A DNA stretch of 64,000 bases, from the NCBI GenBank assembly GCA_964016885.1, contig OZ024742.1, forward strand, positions 33,542,001 to 33,606,000, read 5' to 3'. The notes beneath the pieces were generated by a model. That model did no database searches, was not told the DNA's origin, and saw nothing but the letters and a program-made list of their open reading frames with translations. The translations under genes and the position numbers were made by a program. Shown here piece after piece: positions 50,310-62,004 of the stretch (positions are counted from its first letter, which is position 1; each line of letters begins with the position of its first letter). The DNA is from Eledone cirrhosa (lineage: Eukaryota).

Positions 50310-50443
50310 GGTTTCCATCCTATGCTTTACCCTACAATCTACTGAACTATCCTGTTATTTCAATGCCTGTTACCAAGGTAACAGAAGGAGATGTAAAAGA
50401 GACATATAATGCTAAATCTCTAATTGAACGCGCTTTGAAAAAG
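50310..50443 (+). CDS. FAAH: FAAH coding exon 16
   Basis: FPSYALPYNLLNYPVISMPVTKVTEGDVKETYNAKSLIERALKK; YN.L..P...PV motif; 134 nt. Confidence 0.92.
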
Positions 50444-50549
50444 GTAGGACTTTTTTTTTATTGTAATAATATTTCTGGACTAATGTCATAAATAAGGATG
50501 GAAATATCGTTGAATGTATTTAATTTTTGGAGTCCCAGATTGGCATCCT

Positions 50550-50810
50550 ATCATCATCAACATCATCGTTTAACGTCTATCTTCCATGCTAGCATGGGTT
50601 AGACGAGAGTTGTCCCACTTGAGGCAAGATTGGTCGGGTGACCGTGTCTCGCTCATATAGGACTATCTGGCAGGTTTTCTACGGCTGGATGCCCTTCCTA
50701 ACACCAACCACATTTACAGTGTGGACTGGGAGCTTTTTACCGTGTTACCTACATGACCACATTACAGTGTGGACTGTGTTTTTTTGCCATGAGACCTACA
50801 CGATCTCATT
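50550..50810 (-). mobile_element. Short 5'-truncated RTE LINE 3'UTR copy (others at 58988-59285 - and 57690-57732 +)
   Basis: Reverse complement of 420-685 / 34370-34646 including the (GAT)n tail. Confidence 0.85.
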
Positions 50811-51099
50811 ATATATATATATATATTACCAGGAAATTTGCATTTTGCTAAGTAAATGGTTTCATAAAAAATACCCAATATTTTATGTTGACTACTGATA
50901 CATGGAAGTCATTAAAGATAATAGTTTATTTCTAGACATACATATAAATGTTCAGCATATATGTACAAATGACATACAACACTAAATTTATGAGTAACGG
51001 AGAAATAACTATTTACTCAGACAAATGGATGGTTAGAACACAGGACCTGTGAATGGAAAGTGAACTTCTTATTGTAGTAACGTGACTGAAATAGCATTC

Positions 51100-51555
51100 G
51101 TCATCATCATCGTTATCATTTTACGTCCACTTTTCCCTGCTTGCAAGGGTGGGACGGGAACTGATTCTGGCTTGATTTCTACAGCTGGATTCCCTTCCTA
51201 ACACCAACCTCATTTACAGTGAGTTCTGGGTGCTTTTTTCCGTGGCGCCTACACGTCCACTTTACAGTGAGTGCTGGGTGCTTTTTTCCGTGGCGCCTAC
51301 ACGTCCACTTTACAGTGAGTTCTGGGTGCTTTTTTCCGTGGCGCCTACACGTCCACTTTACAGTGAGTGCTGGGTGCTTTTTGCCGTGGCGCCTACACGT
51401 CCACTTTACAGTGGAATGATAGGGATCATTTCTACAGCTGAGTAAACTGGAACAATGTGAAATAAAGTGTCTTGCTCAAGGAAACAACACATCACCCGGT
51501 CTGAGAATTGAACTCACAACCTTTCAATTGCAAGGCCAATGCTCTAACCACTAAG
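51100..51555 (-). mobile_element. SINE family B with RTE tail and internal 4x48-bp expansion
   Basis: Reverse complement of 40265-40582, with the 48-bp unit repeated at 51213-51413. Confidence 0.85.
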
Positions 51556-51641
51556 TCTCCATTATGTGTATAAATTTTAAAGAGTTAGATATGGATAGAC
51601 ACAATTAAAGATGTTTCACATTCATGTACCTTTGATGAACA

Positions 51642-54600
51642 TAGCCTTGACAAGGAGGTGTAGTAACCTTGACAAGGAGGTGTAGTAGTCTTGACAAGGA
51701 GGTGTAGTAACCTTGACAAGGAGGTGTAGTAGCCTTGACAAGGAGGTGTAGTAGCCTTGACAAGGAGGTGTAGTAGCCTTGACAAGGAGGTGTAGTAACC
51801 TTGACAAGGAGGTGTAGTAGTCTTGACAAGGAGGTGTAGTAGTCTTGACAAGGAGGTGTAGTAGCCTTGACAAGGAGGTGTAGTAACCTTGACAAGGAGG
51901 TGTAGTAGTCTTGACAAGGAGGTGTAGTAGTCTTGACAAGGAGGTGTAGTAGCCTTGACAAGGAGGTGTAGTAGCCTTGACAAGGAGGTGTAGTAGCCTT
52001 GACAAGGAGGTGTAGTAACCTCGACAAGGAGGTGTAGTAACCTTGACAAGGAGGTGTAGTAGCCTTGACAAGGAGGTGTAGTAACCTTGACAAGGAGGTG
52101 TAGTAGCCTTGACAAGGAGGTGTAGTAGCCTTGACAAGGAGGTGTAGTAGCCTTGACAAGGAGGTGTAGTAGCTTTGACAAGGAGGTGTAGTAGCCTTGA
52201 CAAGGAGGTGTAGTAGTCTTGACAAGGAGGTGTAGTAGCCTTGACAAGGAGGTGTAGTAGTCTTGACAAGGAGGTGTAGTAGCCTTGACAAGGAGGTGTA
52301 GTAGCTTTGACAAGGAGGTGTAGTAACCTTGACAAGGAGGTGTAGTAACCTTGACAAGGAGGTGTAGTAGCTTTGACAAGGAGGTGTAGTAACCTTGACA
52401 AGGAGGTGTAGTAGCCTTGACAAGGAGGTGTAGTAGCTTTGACAAGGAGGTGTAGTAGCCTTGACAAGGAGGTGTAGTAACCTTGACAAGGAGGTGTAGT
52501 AGCTTTGACAAGGAGGTGTAGTAACCTTGACAAGGAGGTGTAGTAGCCTTGACAAGGAGGTGTAGTAGCCTTGACAAGGTGTAGTAGCCTTGACAAGGAG
52601 GTGTAGTAGTCTTGACAAGGAGGTGTAGTAACCTTGACAAGGAGGTGTAGTAGCCTTGACAAGGAGGTGTAGTAGTCTTGACAAGGAGGTGTAGTAACCT
52701 TGACAAGGAGGTGTAGTAGCCTTGACAAGGAGGTGTAGTAGCTTTGACAAGGAGGTGTAGTAGCTTTGACAAGGAGGTGTAGTAGCCTTGACAAGGAGGT
52801 GTAGTAGCTTTGACAAGGAGGTGTAGTAACCTTGACAAGGAGGTGTAGTAGCCTTGACAAGGAGGTGTAGTAGCCTTGACAAGGAGGTGTAGTAGCCTTG
52901 ACAAGGAGGTGTAGTAGTCTTGACAAGGAGGTGTAGTAACCTTGACAAGGAGGTGTAGTAGCCTTGACAAGGAGGTGTAGTAGCCTTGACAAGGAGGTGT
53001 AGTAGCCTTGACAAGGAGGTGTAGTAACCTTGACAAGGAGGTGTAGTAGCCTTGACAAGGAGGTGTAGTAGCCTTGACAAGGAGGTGTAGTAGTCTTGAC
53101 AAGGAGGTGTAGTAACCTTGACAAGGAGGTGTAGTAGTCTTGACAAGGAGGTGTAGTAACCTTGACAAGGAGGTGTAGTAGTCTTGACAAGGAGGTGTAG
53201 TAGCCTTGACAAGGAGGTGTAGTAGCTTTGACAAGGAGGTGTAGTAGTCTTGACAAGGAGGTGTAGTAGCTTTGACAAGGAGGTGTAGTAACCTTGACAA
53301 GGAGGTGTAGTAGCCTTGACAAGGAGGTGTAGTAGCCTTGACAAGGAGGTGTAGTAGCCTTGACAAGGAGGTGTAGTAGTCTTGACAAGGAGGTGTAGTA
53401 ACCTTGACAAGGAGGTGTAGTAGCCTTGACAAGGAGGTGTAGTAGCCTTGACAAGGAGGTGTAGTAGCCTTGACAAGGAGGTGTAGTAACCTTGACAAGG
53501 AGGTGTAGTAGCCTTGACAAGGAGGTGTAGTAGCCTTGACAAGGAGGTGTAGTAGTCTTGACAAGGAGGTGTAGTAACCTTGACAAGGAGGTGTAGTAGT
53601 CTTGACAAGGAGGTGTAGTAGTCTTGACAAGGAGGTGTAGTAACCTTGACAAGGAGGTGTAGTAGTCTTGACAAGGAGGTGTAGTAGCCTTGACAAGGAG
53701 GTGTAGTAGCTTTGACAAGGAGGTGTAGTAGTCTTGACAAGGAGGTGTAGTAGCCTTGACAAGGAGGTGTAGTAGCCTTGACAAGGAGGTGTAGTAACCT
53801 TGACAAGGAGGTGTAGTAGCTTTGACAAGGAGGTGTAGTAGCCTTGACAAGGAGGTGTAGTAGTCTTGACAAGGAGGTGTAGTAACCCTGACAAGGAGGT
53901 GTAGTAGTCTTGACAAGGAGGTGTAGTAGCCTTGACAAGGAGGTGTAGTAGTCTTGACAAGGAGGTGTAGTAACCTTGACAAGGAGGTGTAGTAGTCTTG
54001 ACAAGGAGGTGTAGTAGTCTTGACAAGGAGGTGTAGTAGCCTTGACAAGGAGGTGTAGTAACCTTGACAAGGAGGTGTAGTAGTCTTGACAAGGAGGTGT
54101 AGTAGTCTTGACAAGGAGGTGTAGTAGCCTTGACAAGGAGGTGTAGTAGCCTTGACAAGGAGGTGTAGTAGCCTTGACAAGGAGGTGTAGTAACCTCGAC
54201 AAGGAGGTGTAGTAACCTTGACAAGGAGGTGTAGTAGCCTTGACAAGGAGGTGTAGTAACCTTGACAAGGAGGTGTAGTAGCCTTGACAAGGAGGTGTAG
54301 TAGCCTTGACAAGGAGGTGTAGTAGCCTTGACAAGGAGGTGTAGTAGCTTTGACAAGGAGGTGTAGTAGTCTTGACAAGGAGGTGTAGTAGCCTTGACAA
54401 GGAGGTGTAGTAGTCTTGACAAGGAGGTGTAGTAGCCTTGACAAGGAGGTGTAGTAGCCTTGACAAGGAGGTGTAGTAGCCTTGACAAGGAGGTGTAGTA
54501 GTCTTGACAAGGAGGTGTAGTAACCTTGACAAGGAGGTGTAGTAACCTTGACAAGGAGGTGTAGTAGCCTTGACAAGGAGGTGTAGTAGCCTTGACAAGG

Positions 54601-56469
54601 AGGTGTAGTAGCCTTGACAAGGAGGTGTAGTAGCTTTGACAAGGAGGTGTAGTAACCTTGACAAGGAGGTGTAGTAGCCTTGACAAGGAGGTGTAGTAGC
54701 TTTGACAAGGAGGTGTAGTAACCTTGACAAGGAGGTGTAGTAACCTTGACAAGGAGGTGTAGTAGCTTTGACAAGGAGGTGTAGTAACCTTGACAAGGAG
54801 GTGTAGTAGCCTTGACAAGGAGGTGTAGTAGCTTTGACAAGGAGGTGTAGTAGCCTTGACAAGGAGGTGTAGTAACCTTGACAAGGAGGTGTAGTAGCTT
54901 TGACAAGGAGGTGTAGTAACCTTGACAAGGAGGTGTAGTAGCCTTGACAAGGAGGTGTAGTAGCCTTGACAAGGTGTAGTAGCCTTGACAAGGAGGTGTA
55001 GTAGCTTTGACAAGGAGGTGTAGTAACCTTGACAAGGAGGTGTAGTAACCTTGACAAGGAGGTGTAGTAGCTTTGACAAGGAGGTGTAGTAACCTTGACA
55101 AGGAGGTGTAGTAGCCTTGACAAGGAGGTGTAGTAGCTTTGACAAGGAGGTGTAGTAGCCTTGACAAGGAGGTGTAGTAACCTTGACAAGGAGGTGTAGT
55201 AGCTTTGACAAGGAGGTGTAGTAACCTTGACAAGGAGGTGTAGTAGCCTTGACAAGGAGGTGTAGTAGCCTTGACAAGGTGTAGTAGCCTTGACAAGGAG
55301 GTGTAGTAGTCTTGACAAGGAGGTGTAGTAACCTTGACAAGGAGGTGTAGTAGCCTTGACAAGGAGGTGTAGTAGTCTTGACAAGGAGGTGTAGTAACCT
55401 TGACAAGGAGGTGTAGTAGCCTTGACAAGGAGGTGTAGTAGCTTTGACAAGGAGGTGTAGTAGCTTTGACAAGGAGGTGTAGTAGCCTTGACAAGGAGGT
55501 GTAGTAGCTTTGACAAGGAGGTGTAGTAACCTTGACAAGGAGGTGTAGTAGCCTTGACAAGGAGGTGTAGTAGCCTTGACAAGGAGGTGTAGTAGCCTTG
55601 ACAAGGAGGTGTAGTAGTCTTGACAAGGAGGTGTAGTAACCTTGACAAGGAGGTGTAGTAGCCTTGACAAGGAGGTGTAGTAGCCTTGACAAGGAGGTGT
55701 AGTAACCTTGACAAGGAGGTGTAGTAGCCTTGACAAGGAGGTGTAGTAGTCTTGACAAGGAGGTGTAGTAACCTTGACAAGGAGGTGTAGTAGTCTTGAC
55801 AAGGAGGTGTAGTAGTCTTGACAAGGAGGTGTAGTAACCTTGACAAGGAGGTGTAGTAGTCTTGACAAGGAGGTGTAGTAGCCTTGACAAGGAGGTGTAG
55901 TAGCTTTGACAAGGAGGTGTAGTAGTCTTGACAAGGAGGTGTAGTAGCCTTGACAAGGAGGTGTAGTAGCCTTGACAAGGATGTGTAGTAACCTTGACAA
56001 GGAGGTGTAGTAGCTTTGACAAGGAGGTGTAGTAGCCTTGACAAGGAGGTGTAGTAGTCTTGACAAGGAGGTGTAGTAACCTTGACAAGGTGTAGTAGCC
56101 TTGACAAGGAGGTGTAGTAGTCTTGACAAGGAGGTGTAGTAACCTTGACAAGGAGGTGTAGTAGCCTTGACAAGGAGGTGTAGTAGCCTTGACAAGGAGG
56201 TGTAGTAGTCTTGACAAGGAGGTGTAGTAGTCTTGACAAGGAGGTGTAGTAACCTTGACAAGGAGGTGTAGTAGTCTTGACAAGGAGGTGTAGTAGCCTT
56301 GACAAGGAGGTGTAGTAGCCTTGACAAGGAGGTGTAGTAGTCTTGACAAGGAGGTGTAGTAGCCTTGACAAGGAGGTGTAGTAGCCTTGACAAGGAGGTG
56401 TAGTAGCCTTGACAAGGAGGTGTAGTAGTCTTGACAAGGAGGTGTAGTAGCCTTGACAAGGAGGTGTAG
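51642..56469. repeat. 22-bp minisatellite (TAGTAGCCTTGACAAGGAGGTG)n, ~220 copies, in the last FAAH intron
   Basis: Directly visible; four common variants (AGCC/AACC/AGTC/AGCT) and four 3-bp deletions. Confidence 0.99.
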
Positions 56470-56549
56470 ATGCCATCAGGTGGTGTCTAATTTTTATTAA
56501 ATGTTTTGACCTTTTAACCCTATATAAATATATAAACACACATGGTGTA

Positions 56550-56828
56550 CAGTGTTGGATTTAGACATTGGGGGACCTGGAGCACTTCAGGTTTGGGGGG
56601 CCCCTCATACACAATAAATTAGAATACACAGCAAACCCCCTAATTTTACATATCAAAGTTATCTTGGTGCAAGTAACTGGAATTGAAAAGTTATACATAC
56701 AGGTATTAAATTAAAACATTCTAACCATCCTAAAACTAAAAAACCCAGCTGAGGGTACAAATAAATTGCTCTCACTGCAGGGGGCCAGGGGGCAATTACC
56801 CCCTTTCCCCCCATTAAATCCGGCCCTG
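56550..56828. mobile_element. hAT-type MITE (partial relative at ~39835-39993)
   Basis: Imperfect TIRs CAGTGTTGGATTTA/TAAATCCGGCCCTG; 8-bp TSD ATGGTGTA. Confidence 0.85.
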
Positions 56829-56957
56829 ATGGTGTATTACTATCATTAATTCATGACTTTATAGCCTGTTGTCTAAGATATCTTAAGCTTCCCAGCCACT
56901 AATACCTGTACAACATCTACTATTGTGATAATTTCAAATATATATTTATTTTTACAG

Positions 56958-57080
56958 TCAATTCCTGGCAGTGTTGGTCTTCCAGTCAATATCCAGATTA
57001 TTGCTCCTACATATAAGGATGAGCTTGCATTACGTATCATGAAGGAACTAGATGCTGAATTAAAGAAGAAAACCAACTAG
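56958..57080 (+). CDS. FAAH: FAAH coding exon 17 (terminal)
   Basis: SIPGSVGLPVNIQIIAPTYKDELALRIMKELDAELKKKTN*; GLPV.IQ motif; TAG at 57078-57080. Confidence 0.95.
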   Translation, partial: SIPGSVGLPVNIQIIAPTYKDELALRIMKELDAELKKKTN

Positions 57081-58094
57081 TAAATATTTCATTCCACCAA
57101 ACTTCAGAGATACATGATGGCTTTACCAGATTGATTTCTCTTTGGAAGATAGTTAATTCAATGTTATAGAAATATATTAATATTTTCTGCATGATCTTGA
57201 CTTTTCATTTTTATGCCATCATTTTATGCCATCAGGTGGTGTCTAATGTTTATTAAATGTTTTGACCTTTTAACCCTATATAAATATATAAACACACATG
57301 GTGTACAGTGTTGGATTTAGACCTTTATTAAATGTTTATAAACATGTTGTTTTGTTATTACTGCTTTGAGTTCATGTTATTTACTTGAGATAGTTCACAT
57401 CTGTCCTGAGTGATGTCTTATTCATATTTGGAGAGGAACACATTACCCATCTTTTTTTCTCTACATGTTGCCTAACTAGCGACTGCATAGCCTGACCTTT
57501 AATGATTTCTCTTCCAGCACTACAACCATTGGCCCTGCAATCCTGAGTGATGAACCTATGCATATATCTATATATATATACACGCACACACGCTCGCCCG
57601 ATTGCTTGTTCTGCTCTGTGTTCACTTTTTACTTGAACTATGCGAATTTGCTTTAATGTCTCATGAAAAAGTAAACAGACTGTATATACATGCAAGCGTG
57701 GAAGATGGACGTTAAACGATGATGATGATGATGGCAGACTGGGTTGCCAGGAGATAAAAGGGGCCCACCTACATATAGAATGCTATCATTTGATTTTTAT
57801 AATGAGTAAATAACATAAAAAAAAATATACATAAGTGAAAAGAAACAGTTCAATCAAATTTTTTAAGGAAAAAATGTGTATCTTTTTACTAATTATAGTG
57901 TATATATACTGTACATATTACTGGCAGTATACAGTAATACTAAATGTTAATACATTTATGTTATAATTTAATTTTTAAATAATTGTGAATGTATAGTATA
58001 CTGTTATTTAGAGTAGAGTATGCACCTTCTCCAATAAAAATATAAAGTACCTTGGCAACCTGGCCAGTCCGCCCCTATAATATATATATATATA

Positions 58095-58986
58095 CAGAGT
58101 ACGGACGATATTTGTTCGCAAGATTACTGTCTAGGAAAAAATAACACAGTAGTTTTATTTTTTAAGATATATTTATCAAACTTGGGTCAGTTTGTCTTCA
58201 TGACTTGTTCTTTCGATCTCACTCGATAAACCCACCATTGGCTTTGATGACGACCTCAAGGCGGCCTCGGAACCGGCTACAGGCCTTCGTCACTGTCCCC
58301 CCGACTTAGACCCCTAAAGGCACTTGTGATCCTGGCCTTCAGATCATCTTTCATATTGCAGCTAGATCTGTTGGTGTCTCGTTCCACTGTGCCCCACACA
58401 AAGAAGTCGAGGGGGTTGCAGTCAGGCGAGCTGGGAGGCCAGATGTCAGGTGAAGTGTGGTCGACGAAGTTCTCTGACAGACAGGCTTGGGTTTTTCGGC
58501 TGGTATGGCAGGGCGCTGAGTCTTGCCACACGTACGGCCTACCTGCAGCTACCTGTTTTATCCAGGGCTTTACTACCTTGCTCAGAACGCAGATGTAGCC
58601 ATCGGTGTTCAGCTTGAGGCCCTCAGGGAAGAAGTGAGGTGGCATGACGTCACCTTGACTGCTGACGAGACCTAAGACCAATGTTGTCGCTGGAAACTTT
58701 GTCTGCATGACTCTGGGCACGTCTTTGGATGAGACAGCGAGCCACCTGTTGTTCTGGGAGTTGATCTTCTGGTCCTTATTTGTCCTCCCAGCACGGATTC
58801 CAAGAAGAACTCTGTGTCTCTTCCACAAATTTGGAGGTTCAAAATTATTCATAATCAATTATTCTGAAAATAAATAATGGAAATATAGTCACTATTTTTA
58901 TGAAGACAAGAGTGACAACGGAAGTAAAAAAAAATTTGCATAAAATTAGCAGTTGAAAATTGCGAACAAATATCGTCCACACCCTG
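58095..58986 (-). mobile_element. Internally deleted Tc1/mariner transposon, maT (DD37D) type
   Basis: 27-bp TIRs CAG.GT..GGACGATATTTGTTCGCAA; TA at the left flank; QDSAPCH...WPPSSPDCNPLD with 37 residues between the last two catalytic Asp. Confidence 0.88.
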
Positions 58987-59291
58987 TCATCATCATCATC
59001 ATCATCGTTTAACGTCCATCTTCCACGCTTGCATGGGTTTGGACGGGAGTTTTCCCACTTGAGGCAAGATTGGTTGTCCTGCTCATATAGGACTGTCTGG
59101 CGGGTATTCTATGGCTGGATGCCCTTCCTAACACCAACCACGTTTACAGTGTGGGGCTGGGAGGTTTTTACCGTGTTACCTACATGGCCACATTACAGCG
59201 TGGACTGTGTGTTTTTTTTGTCGTGACACCTACACGACCTCATTTGTTTCGGACTGGATGTTGTGGTACCAACATAACTTCACATTTAAGG

Positions 59292-59344
<53 letters not shown>

Positions 59345-59893
59345 CAATGAGTTATTTAATTTGTTGATTATTCAACAAATTTAATTTATAACAGATTAGA
59401 ATTTTCTTCTGGAGTATATAGAACTAACATTAAGTTCTTGTCTGAATATGTCATTACCTGTAAACCGATTTTTGTATTTTATCTGATGAGAACATACCAA
59501 ATGGCACGTCCTTGCTCGGGATTTGCTCTAGGGTTCTTATATATTTGATATATACTTATCGTTATTGAGGCTTGTGAAATAAATACGTTTGTTTATATTT
59601 TGTTATTGTGTATGCAATAATATCTGTACACGAATATATAATTATATATATATATATTAAAATAACAGATTAAAGTTTAAGCAAAGAATCGCTGCTTTCA
59701 CCCTTAACGGGATCTTCTCAAACTAAAAAAAATCAATCTGTGAACGCAGAAGTAAATATTTCGAAAAACGTTACACACTATATATATATATATATACACA
59801 CTATATATATAGATATACACACACTATATATATAGATATACACACACAGAGATAGCGTCATAATGTCGTAATGCAGACATACAGACATATATT

Positions 59894-60850
59894 ACTAGAC
59901 ATGAAAAATGCGCAAGCTCAAAAGTGCCACAGAATGTTATAATAAACCTTCAAAAGTGTGGGACTAGAGTTGTTGCTAAAAAATATTGTAATCATTATAT
60001 ATCGTACATTCTGTGGCATCCTTTATAAAAATAGCTTAAACCAACGAAGCCTTTATTTTTACGCTATTTCACTTAGTTAATTCTTAGAGTGTAACATATA
60101 AAAATATGATTTACAACTATAAAATAAATTAATTAATATAATAACAGAGCTGCGGAGCTGAAATTTAGGAAATAATGGAGTATCGGATCCTGAGTTGGAG
60201 CCAGTCAATTTTTGGCCGACTCCGCAGCCCTGTATAATACATTTCATATTAAAGTTATTAATAAACCTATTTTACACTTCATGCAAATTACCACGAGATA
60301 TTGATATTAGATATAAGATACAGCGCAATATCTACAGCTGTAAAAGTACGAAAGCGAAGTAATAATAAGTGGCTTAAGGTAATTCCAATATGAAAGTTTG
60401 TAGTGATAAAAATTTGATAATGCAATACGATTGTTAATATTATAGTTCTATGAAAATGTAACAATAGATAACTAAATTATTTTACTATTAGTATATTTAA
60501 GAAATTATCATTATAGATTTGATCGTTCATATAAGCATCATATTAAGTTTCAACACAATTATTTTGTTACTATGAGTATATGATAATAATATTACGTAAT
60601 TATTTATAGCTGTTATTACATTAAACATAGATGTATTTATTTTTATATGTTACACTCTAAGAATTAACTAAGTGAAATAGCGTAAAAATAAAGGCTTCGT
60701 TGGTTTAAGCTATTTTTATAAAGGATGCCACAGAATGTACGATATATAATGATTACAATATTTTTTAGCAACAACTCTAGTCCCACACTTTTGAAGGTTT
60801 ATTATAACATTCTGTGGCACTTTTGAGCTTGCGCATTTTTCATGTCTAGT
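59894..60850. mobile_element. Foldback-type element with 213-bp apparently perfect inverted arms
   Basis: 59894-60106 is the reverse complement of 60638-60850; 531-bp AT-rich spacer. Confidence 0.85.
60145..60232. mobile_element. Tiny hAT-like MITE nested in the foldback spacer
   Basis: CAGAGCTGCGGAG...CTCCGCAGCCCTG; near-TSD TATAATAA/TATAATAC. Confidence 0.65.
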
Positions 60851-61967
60851 TTAATATATTTTTAAGGCAACGCTTGTAATAACTCTAGTTAAACAGGATA
60901 TATATTAATAATAAATTATCGTTGTAATGTAATTAGATTATGTAATTGTTATTATAAATTATCTTATAAATATTAGTGTAAGATGTTTAAAAATATTTTC
61001 AGACTTTTAATATAAACAACTACAAAAAACAATCAATATTAAATCAATATATTATACATAATAGAAAACATAAAATATACAATACAAAAACAAAATATTT
61101 ACATACAATTGCAATTATCAGTGTATATACATTTTCTTTATATTCCCTGAGCAAATTAATAAGATTTGTTTTTATTGTACATAATTTGATGACTTGTTGG
61201 AGTGTATTAAAAGATAGCAACAATTTGTGATTAAATTGTTATCTTAAGCAACTCACTTTTTAATAGTTGTTGGCTGAGCGAAATTGTAAAAGCCTATGAG
61301 CAAATATAAAAAAAAATACACAAACAACATTTCCTTGTGTTATTACAACATTAGATAAAATAATTGAGCAATGTCGTTATATTTTGCTCTTATTGCACAT
61401 TAATAGTGTTTCTATTTTTCGGCACAAATCCATTACGGCAGTCCATTACTGGTACTTTATTTTATCGAATTAGTAAGTATGAAAGTCGAAGTTAACCTCG
61501 GCAGGATTTGAACTTAGAATGCAAAGGACCATAACAATACTGCAAAGCATGGTGTCTGACGCTCTACCAATACTTGTGTTGAGCTGGTCATTAATTTATG
61601 GTGGTCGTGCGTGGAGTAGAGCAATCGCTAGTTGAAATATTATGAACAAAACATTTTTATTTGCCGAAGAACATATTTTCAATACTGTTTGTGAATGTGA
61701 CGAAGGAAATACATTCTGATATGGAACAGTGTACAAAGTGTGTCTGTGAATAACATAATGTTACCTCATGTTGTTGTCAAGAAATAATGGATTTCGTATA
61801 TCCAGTTAGAAGATGAAACCTAGCCATCTCGGATTAGTTATATTTCATGCCATGTGTAAACGTGTTTGAGGATAGCAAAATATGCGCGTTAATTATAATA
61901 ATTAGTTAATAATATTACAAAACATACCTAATTAAACTCTTTGCTTGAAATTTTATCATTCTTCGTT

Positions 61968-62004
<37 letters not shown>

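Larger units (their letters stand above)
18502..57080 (+). other. FAAH: FAAH-like gene, full coding span (17 coding exons, 584 aa)
   Basis: All 16 introns are GT-AG with compatible phases; exon lengths sum to 1755 nt; amidase signature and catalytic triad present. Confidence 0.95.

Noticed and set aside
51642-56469. CRISPR-like array (short repeats with a palindromic core)
   Set aside because: No unique spacers, no cas genes, and a eukaryotic intronic context
51585-56539. Three ~1600-aa minus-strand ORFs (SRLLHLLVKATTPPCQGYYTSL repeats)
   Set aside because: Artefact of a 22-bp unit lacking TTA/CTA/TCA, which opens all three frames with the same peptide. With so few variant types, avoiding stops is unremarkable, and the array lies in an intron of the opposite-strand gene.
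59480-59535. Possible hammerhead ribozyme (CTGATGAG...CTCGGGA)
   Set aside because: The GAAA core is replaced by GGGA and I could not build stems I and III; at most a dead relic
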